Assembly: GCA_964016885.1 (NCBI GenBank)
Contig: OZ024765.1
Location: 10,044,001-10,108,000, forward strand
Origin: Eledone cirrhosa
Taxonomy: Eukaryota
Direction of reading: 5' to 3'
Length of the DNA stretch: 64,000 nucleotides
This document shows, piece by piece, positions 55,800-64,000 of the stretch. Each line of letters starts with the position of its first letter. Positions within the stretch are counted from its first letter, which is position 1. Position numbers and translations under genes: made by a program. Under the pieces are notes generated by a model. The model ran no database searches. It worked only from the letters and a program-made list of their open reading frames with translations, and was not told the origin of the DNA.

Positions 55800-57765
55800 C
55801 CTAGATTCACCCTCAAGGACCACAAGGAAGATTTTATTAGCAGACCCTCGGTTAGGCTTATCTGCCCCTCCAAGTCTGACCTGGGGATTATTAGTAAGGG
55901 AATCTTGGATAGCGTTATTCCCCTGGTTAGAGAAAAAACTTTCCTTGAGCTTTGGGGTAACACTAGTGAGGTCATTACGTGGTTCTCTACGGATTGTGGT
56001 CGTGACTCACTAAAATTCATCCAATTTGATATTGATGCTTATTATACATCTATATCTCCTATTATCCTCAATAAGGCCCTCATCCTAGCCATGCAGAGGG
56101 GGGCAATTACTAGGCCACAGATAGATATTGTTCTCGCTGCACGTAAAACCATTATCATGTTTGAGGATAATCTATGGACGAGAAAAAACACACCTGATAA
56201 TTTTGACATTACTATGGGGTCGAGTGACTCTGCTCAAGTCACCGACTTAGTTGGACTATACCTCCTCAATGAACTGCATAGTAACTTCCCTTTCCTTAGG
56301 GGCGGGTTGTACCGGGATGACGCCCTACTCTCCATAGATACTAGTAAGTATAATATAGTGCGCATTAGGAAAAAGCTGCATAGCTTTTTTAAAACTTTTA
56401 ACCTATCCATTACTATGGATGTAAATGATAGAACTGTGAACTTCCTAGATGTTACACTCGACTTGGATAACCATACGTACACACCGTACCATAAGCCCAA
56501 TGAATTGCTGACTTACGTGAATACCAACTCCAACCACCCTAGGTCTGTCATCAGCGGTATACTGAAGGGCGTATCTAACAGAATAAGTTCACTCTCACAT
56601 AGTGAGGAGGCGTTTGACTCGCAGGCTGATTACTATAACGACGCCTTAGCTAGATCCGGCTTTAGGGACAAATTGTATTACACCCAGGGAAATAATGGTC
56701 CTAATAGTAGCTCTACCAGTGTTGTTATAACACATAATATGTCCATTGGTAATCGAGGTGTCGCGAATGGGAGGGTTCTAAATGCCGGTGGAATGAAACA
56801 GCAGGGCACCATTAGTCTAAGTAATAACAATAGAGGTGTCGTGAACGGGAGGTTTCTAGATGCCGGTGGAATGAACCAGCAGGGCACCATTAGTCTAAGT
56901 AATAGCAATGGTAGGCCTCGCAGCTCCCCGCATAGACTAGGTGAGCATAGGAACCGTAGAAATAATAATGCTAATAATACTGATGGAAATAGAAAGAATA
57001 AAAAGAATAGAAGAAGATTGAATACATACTTCAACCCCCCTTTTAATTCTGAAGTGGCTATAAATATTCCTAGGGCCTTCTTCTCTTCCTAGGGCCTTCT
57101 TCTCTGTGCTAGAACGGAACTTCCCTCCTGGTAATAGGTACCACTCTATCCTCAATAAGAATGTTGTTAAACTTTCGTATTCTACAACCCAAAATCTGGC
57201 CTCTCATCTGGCCATTACTAATAATAAGAAAATAAAGGAAGGCCTGGACAACCTAAGCCTAGGGGAAAACACGGTAGTGGATAGAGTGGGCAGAAACACT
57301 GGTGGTGATCTTTCTGAGAATAGCATCACCAGAGGTTGTAACTGTAGAAGGGCTTCAGGCTGCCCCCTGAATGGTTTCTGCCTTGTTAGAAACATAGTTT
57401 ATGCGTGTGATGTGGTAACTACGGCGTCCACTATGACCTATATAGGATCAACTTCCACCCCCTTTAAGACCAGGTTTAACTCTCATCAATGCACTTTTAG
57501 ACATAATAAACTGAGGAACTCCACCTCCTTGGCAGCGTACGTCCATAATTTAAAAAATGCACGAACACCTTACACACTTACTTGGCGGCAGGTTGCTAAA
57601 TCCCATCCATATACTCCTCATAGTAGAGTATGTAACCTGTGCCTTGCCGAATCCCACTCTATTATATTTGCTAAATGCCCTCTACTAAATAGAAAGTCTG
57701 AAATTTTTTCCTCTTGCCCCCACCGAATATTAAGCTCTTTCTTCTACTTTAAACCTGTTAGCTAG
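55800..57765 (+). pseudogene. Penelope-like RT/GIY-YIG polyprotein broken by one frameshift
   Basis: 19-bp tandem duplication TCCTAGGGCCTTCTTCTCT (57068-57105); removing one copy joins ORFs 55905.. and 57106.. in frame. Confidence 0.88.
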
Positions 57766-59344
57766 CACGTCCTTATTCCTCCAGTTGGGCTGTCTTGTGT
57801 AACTGTCTCTGACTGTGTGTAACTGTCTCCTATTGTTGGTCGTCTATGTATACGAGTCTGTGAATGTATACGTATGCCTGTGGGAGGATATTGATCTTGA
57901 TATTGGGGTGTGCAGGGGAGTGTATGTTAATAAGCACCCCTGTTTGGCACAGTGGATGTAACCCATCCACGCTGGCCTACCCACCATTAGTGCATTGGTG
58001 GACCTATCCTGACGTATATCTTGTTGATCTGTACCTCTGTATGCGCATGAGTTGTGATGTAATGTATTTATGTAAAGCGTGTACTGCGATTTAGGCTGCA
58101 CTAGTAGAAATTTAGCCTGTAACTGTGGGCGGACCCATGCCATCCTGCCGTAAGCAGTGGATACGTGGCGCATATACGTGTTGCCCTCATATTCTGTGGT
58201 TCAAGATCTACAGGCTGACCTCTGGGAGCTCTTACCCGGGGTTGTAGTCTTTCTAGCACGATCGGCCTTCCATATATTGACGGTCGTTTTTATGATCCCG
58301 AAAGTAACGTTTTGGCCCCGATGGCCCCCCGTAGTTACTAACGGTCTGTGTACACTCGAATCGGTCAATGGCACGTGCAGACATGAATATCTCCGTAGGA
58401 TTTCAACTTTACTACATCTCATCGTATGTATTTGTTTTGAATATATTACCTGTGGTGGTGGGTCTGGTCTAATGTGGTATTTCGGTGTTTAATATCGTAT
58501 TTAATATCGGCTTTGACCCGGGTGTCCTACGCTGTGTGTGTGTGCGTGTGTGTCCGTGTATACATTTATATGTGTATGGGTGTAGGTGGTTATATGTGTC
58601 TGTATATATAAAAAAAAATATATATATATATATGTATACCGTCTCTGCATATGCATGTGGTGTGTATACGTGCATATACGTGCTGAACATATTGATGTGT
58701 ACAATCTTGTGATGTCCCAATGCGGTGACTTAATGGCTCTTGAAGCTACTTTTTATATATCTTCTGTCTTTTTATATATATTTTGTATGCGCTACAACTG
58801 TGTCTGCTTGCTTTAACCCGCCTCACCTCGCTTGCTAATGCACGTGAATTCTTCTACCTCCTTCGATGCACCTCTCTCTGACCATTGGACTCCTGCCTGT
58901 GTGTGAACCGGTTTGTGATTACCCCACCGCTCAACTGTGTGAATGCACACCCATGACTTTCGAGTGAACTTTCGAGACTGCCCAACCTGGGACGCATCCA
59001 TTGCCTTGCAATGGTCAAGTGATACTGGTGACTGTGACACTTAGTGCCTTCGTGGGCCCCTGATGTTTTCAAGAAATATATTTTAAAAAATTGGTCAAGT
59101 GATACACATAACTGTGACACTTAGTGCCTTCGTGGGCCCCTGATATATTCAAGAGGTATATTCTAAAAAAATATATATCTTATCTCAATTTACTTTATTT
59201 CATTTTATTTTATTTCATTTCATGTTATCTAATTTTATTTATTTACTTACTTGACTCCATTTATTTATTTATTTATTTATTTAAATTTAAATTTAAATTT
59301 TAATTTTAAAATTTAAATTTTAATTTTATTTATTTATTTAATTT

Positions 59345-59384
<40 letters not shown>

Positions 59385-59934
59385 TTACATTTAATTACAT
59401 TTAATTATACATTTAATTATATCTTATATTATATTATTTTAATTTAGTCTATGTTATTTGATTTTAGTTTACCTTATTTTATCTTATTTTACGATTATAT
59501 TATATTATGTTCTATGTATATAATTTTTAATTTTTAATTTTATATTATTTTATCTCATTCCTTACCCTATATTTTATATGTAAGTTTGTTTTGTATTTCT
59601 TTGTATTTCTTTTTATATATATTATAAGTCTGTTTTTCACCTATTTTTTACCTATTTTTTACCTACTCTTACCTAATCCCATTATCTTATCTACTCTTGT
59701 CTGTTCTCTTATCCATGTGTCTACTCTTGTCTGTTCTCTTATCCATGTGTATGCTTGTATGTAACTATATGTTGACAGCACCCTGCCCAACTGTGACTGA
59801 TAGCACCCCTTATTTTTATTTTTATTTTTACTTTTACTTTTATTTTTATTCTTATCCTTTATCGTCTATTATTACCTTTCATTCTTCAATGTCTTGGATT
59901 TGTTATTGCTTGTATGGTATGTAATTAACCTTTA

Positions 59935-59980
59935 TGCTCTGATGAGTCCCACTTATAGTGCAGATGAAACAATGTTAGCA
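59935..59980 (+). ncRNA. Hammerhead at the 3' end of the Penelope-like element
   Basis: Same as 21591-21636 with two stem II substitutions. Confidence 0.7.
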
Positions 59981-60141
59981 AGTAAAGATATGCATATGCT
60001 ATAAGCGTTCTTTGTTATTTATTATATATGTATATACATATACATATATATATGTATATATATATATATATATGTATATGTATATATATATGTATATATA
60101 AATATATACATATACATATATATATATATATATACATATAC

Positions 60142-60175
<34 letters not shown>

Positions 60176-60216
60176 ACACATATATAATACATATATATAT
60201 ATATACATATATATAT

Positions 60217-60783
60217 GTAAGTATATATGTATGTATACGTACATACATATATGTATACAGACGTACAGTAGTTTGTATATATATACATACATGCACACAT
60301 ATATATATGCATGTATCGGTTTACCGAACATTTATTATAATGCTCGGTTTGTTTGTTTGTAAATAAACAAACAGCCCGAATTACGCCGTACAGTGTTTAG
60401 GCAACCACGTCACCTTTTTGTTCAACACTGACACAGGAATGATGTACTAGTTTCAAGCTTATTAGCTATCGTCAGCATCGTATACCTTCCTACCAGATGG
60501 TTGAACGTCTGAAAGTATATACTTTCCTTATGCATATTAACGGCTGAGCAGCCTAATTTGTGAGTGAGTTCAGTCGGCCGGGCACACCGAAAACGATATA
60601 TGGAATAGAATGAAACAAAATTTCATTTCTCACTCTTAGTACGGCACTTACTTAAATGTAAGTATGTATGTATGTATACGTACATACATATATGTATACA
60701 GACGTACAGTAGTATGTATATATATACACTTAAGTAAGTGCCATACTAAGAGTGAGAAATGAAATTTCGTTTCATTCTATTCC

Positions 60784-60787
<4 letters not shown>
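60217..60787 (-). mobile_element. Retrozyme-like 441-bp hammerhead unit with ~70-bp terminal redundancy and an inverted tail
   Basis: Direct repeat 60217/60658; inverted copy 60597-60660 vs 60725-60787. Confidence 0.65.
60441..60479 (-). ncRNA. Minimal type I hammerhead in 441-bp unit
   Basis: GATG-CTGACGA-T-AGCT/AGCT-T-GAAA-CTAG-TA-CATC. Confidence 0.8.
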
Positions 60788-60816
<29 letters not shown>

Positions 60817-61236
60817 TATATTTATTAAAATAACAGATGAAAGTTTAAGCAAAGAATCGCTGCTTTCACCCTTAACGGGATCTTCCGAAACTAACAAAGT
60901 CAATCTGTAAACGCAGAAGTGGATATTTCAAAAAACGCTGCAACCGGAGGAAGACAGGAAGACGATACTTTGGTTCGTGGAAACGTTCGCTGGCAAAGAA
61001 CGGGAAAAAACGAATATAATACGTCATTAATAAGAGCGGTGAAAAACAATTACGCGCAAAGACAGAACCATGTTTATGGTATAAAAGAGGTTGTAGACTA
61101 ATGTTCTCTTAGGTGGTGCATAGAGACATTCTCTGGCAATGAACGAAAAAAACGAAGATAATACGTCATATGTATATATATATATACATATATATACATA
61201 TATATATACATATATACATATATACATATATATATA

Positions 61237-61278
<42 letters not shown>

Positions 61279-61331
61279 TATCATCATCATCATCATCTTC
61301 GTTTAACGTCCATTTTCCACGCTAGCATGGG

Positions 61332-61574
<243 letters not shown>

Positions 61575-61575
61575 C

Positions 61576-61640
<65 letters not shown>

Positions 61641-61701
61641 CATATATATATACATATATATATATACATATATATACATATATATATACATATATATATA
61701 C

Positions 61702-61738
<37 letters not shown>

Positions 61739-61888
61739 CATATATATATACATATATATATACATATATATATGTATATATATATGTATGTATATATATA
61801 TGTATATATATATATGTATGTATATATATGTATATATATATGTATATATATATATGTATGTATATATATGTATATATATATGTATATA

Positions 61889-61980
<92 letters not shown>

Positions 61981-62019
61981 CATATATATATACACATATA
62001 TATACATATATATATACAC

Positions 62020-62064
<45 letters not shown>

Positions 62065-62809
62065 CATATTTATATACATATATATACATACATATATATA
62101 TATACATATATATATACATATATATACATACATATATATACATATATATATACATATATATATATACATATATATATATACATATATATACATTCATATA
62201 TATACATTCATATATATATATTCATATATATATACATATATATATACATATATATATACATATATATATACATATATATATACACATATGAATTATAACC
62301 GTCGTGGATTATGTGAGGGGCATATAATCTGAAAAATACGCTCCCCAGACTATGAAAATGTCGCAGTGCATGAAATCCATATCATCACTTTGCTACGCAT
62401 TTTCAATATTTTTAATGCTTACACTATTTTTAATACTTATACTATTTCTCCTCACACAGACTATAACAATCACATAAAGAATTCATCACCAGATCAACCA
62501 CCTTAACACTCTCGATTACCTGCTTAAGTGCTTCTATTACACGTAACTCTCTGCCACACTATATAAACAAGATGCACGTGCTTGCCACACATATATCCCT
62601 TGCACTCTATAACCGCTTAATTTCATGTTGTATTTTAACCTGTATTTTTGATTGTATTTTTGATTGTATCTTTTAATATGAATGTAATCTCTAAGTGTGT
62701 ACTGCCACACTAAATGCTATAATGAATGTTGACCCACAATATTTGCATATGTATCTGTATGTCTCTTGGGTGAAAAGGAGGTCATATAAGTGTTCATTCA
62801 ATAATAAAT

Positions 62810-62856
62810 TGCTCCGAAGAATCCAAACCTCGGTTTGGAGGAAACAGTTGTAAGCA
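62810..62856 (+). ncRNA. Hammerhead variant with CCGAAGA core
   Basis: TGCT-CCGAAGA-(TCCAAAC/GTTTGGA)-GAAA-CAGTTG-TA-AGCA; U4C change in the core. Confidence 0.6.
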
Positions 62857-63083
62857 TAAAAATGTTTTGAACAGTTCTTTGATTCTTATAATTCATATAA
62901 CTGCTCTGTAAATCATCTGATGTTATTACATTGAGCTATTTAACTTATTGGTAATAAGGTAGTAATATATTACTGCCTACCACTATTTAGGGTTTATAAA
63001 AATATATATAACTGCAAAAGGTTTTTGTATTTACATAACCATAAATAGTATAATTAATACTATATACACATATATATACATAT

Positions 63084-63152
<69 letters not shown>

Positions 63153-63267
63153 TATATACATATATATATGTATACATATATATATATACATATATACACA
63201 TATATATATACATATACATATATATACATATACATATATATACATATATATATATATATATTTATAC

Positions 63268-63299
<32 letters not shown>

Positions 63300-63519
63300 A
63301 TATATATATATACATATATATATACATATATATATATGTATATACATATATATATATTTATACATATATATATACATATACATATATATATATACATATA
63401 TATATACATACATATATATACATATATATATACATACATATATATATACATACATATATATAGATATATATATACATACATATATACATATATATATATA
63501 TAGGAAAAGCGGATGTAAA

Positions 63520-63557
<38 letters not shown>

Positions 63558-63631
63558 ATATATATACATACATATATACATACATATATACATACATATA
63601 TACATACATATATATACATATATATATACAT

Positions 63632-63698
<67 letters not shown>

Positions 63699-64000
63699 AG
63701 GAAAAAAGATGAAATTGAAAATGCAACTGGAGTCTTATTTTAAAAAATATATATATATTTATTTGGTTCCTTTACCAGTTTCGCAGTTCTTCTGCTTTTA
63801 AAAAGTAGAGTTGAGATGGGGGGTCTGTGGTTTTTCTGTGTAGGACACCTCACTTTCTAATATATACATATATATATATATATACATATATATATAAGTA
63901 TCAAAATGAAAATCCGAAAGCAAGGTAAAATTCCAATCATTTAATCACGACACATGTTTCAATAAGAGATAGATCGATTGTGAAGCCATGATCGATTATC

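Larger units (their letters stand above)
55770..60025 (+). mobile_element. Penelope-like retroelement, 5'-truncated, with RT, C-terminal GIY-YIG, long 3' UTR and terminal hammerhead, flanked by (TA)n
   Basis: RT motifs TLKDHK, FDIDAYYTSI, MGS, LYRDD, FLDV, YHKP, SNHP; linker CNCRRASGC; endonuclease IVYAC...YIGST...RFNSH, CNLCLAE. Confidence 0.9.

Noticed and set aside
62460-62506. Possible terminal exon (DYNNHIKNSSPDQPP*) in phase with the 54727 donor
   Set aside because: It lies in a segment that looks like a hammerhead-bearing repeat 3' region and has no module motif. Not excluded without RNA data.

Overview
Eukaryotic, very AT- and microsatellite-rich DNA. The SINE/RTE repertoire and repeat load suggest an octopus-like mollusc (inference). 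Almost all ORFs in the supplied track are translations of (TA)n/(CA)n/(CAC)n repeats. Two real layers are hidden in it. (1) A + strand gene of about 18 small exons spans 891-54735. It has a TATA/Inr promoter and a signal-peptide start, every intron is phase 1, and it encodes a ~686-aa probably secreted protein made of 4-Cys VWC/FnI-like modules. One 117-bp module exon has recently been amplified six times on a ~1.38-kb tandem unit. (2) About 20 minimal type I hammerhead ribozyme motifs from several unrelated families sit in (TA)n tracts, mostly in fold-back palindromes. They include retrozyme-like 468-bp and 441-bp units and a family folded back exactly at hammerhead stem II. A nearly intact Penelope-like RT/GIY-YIG element lies nearby, and its hammerhead-bearing 3' end matches one of the palindromes. 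The window also holds RTE and CR1/L2 fragments, tRNA-derived SINEs, a deleted mariner, a Helitron, MITEs and minisatellites. All calls were made by eye. Exon and ribozyme coordinates were counted; repeat boundaries are approximate.
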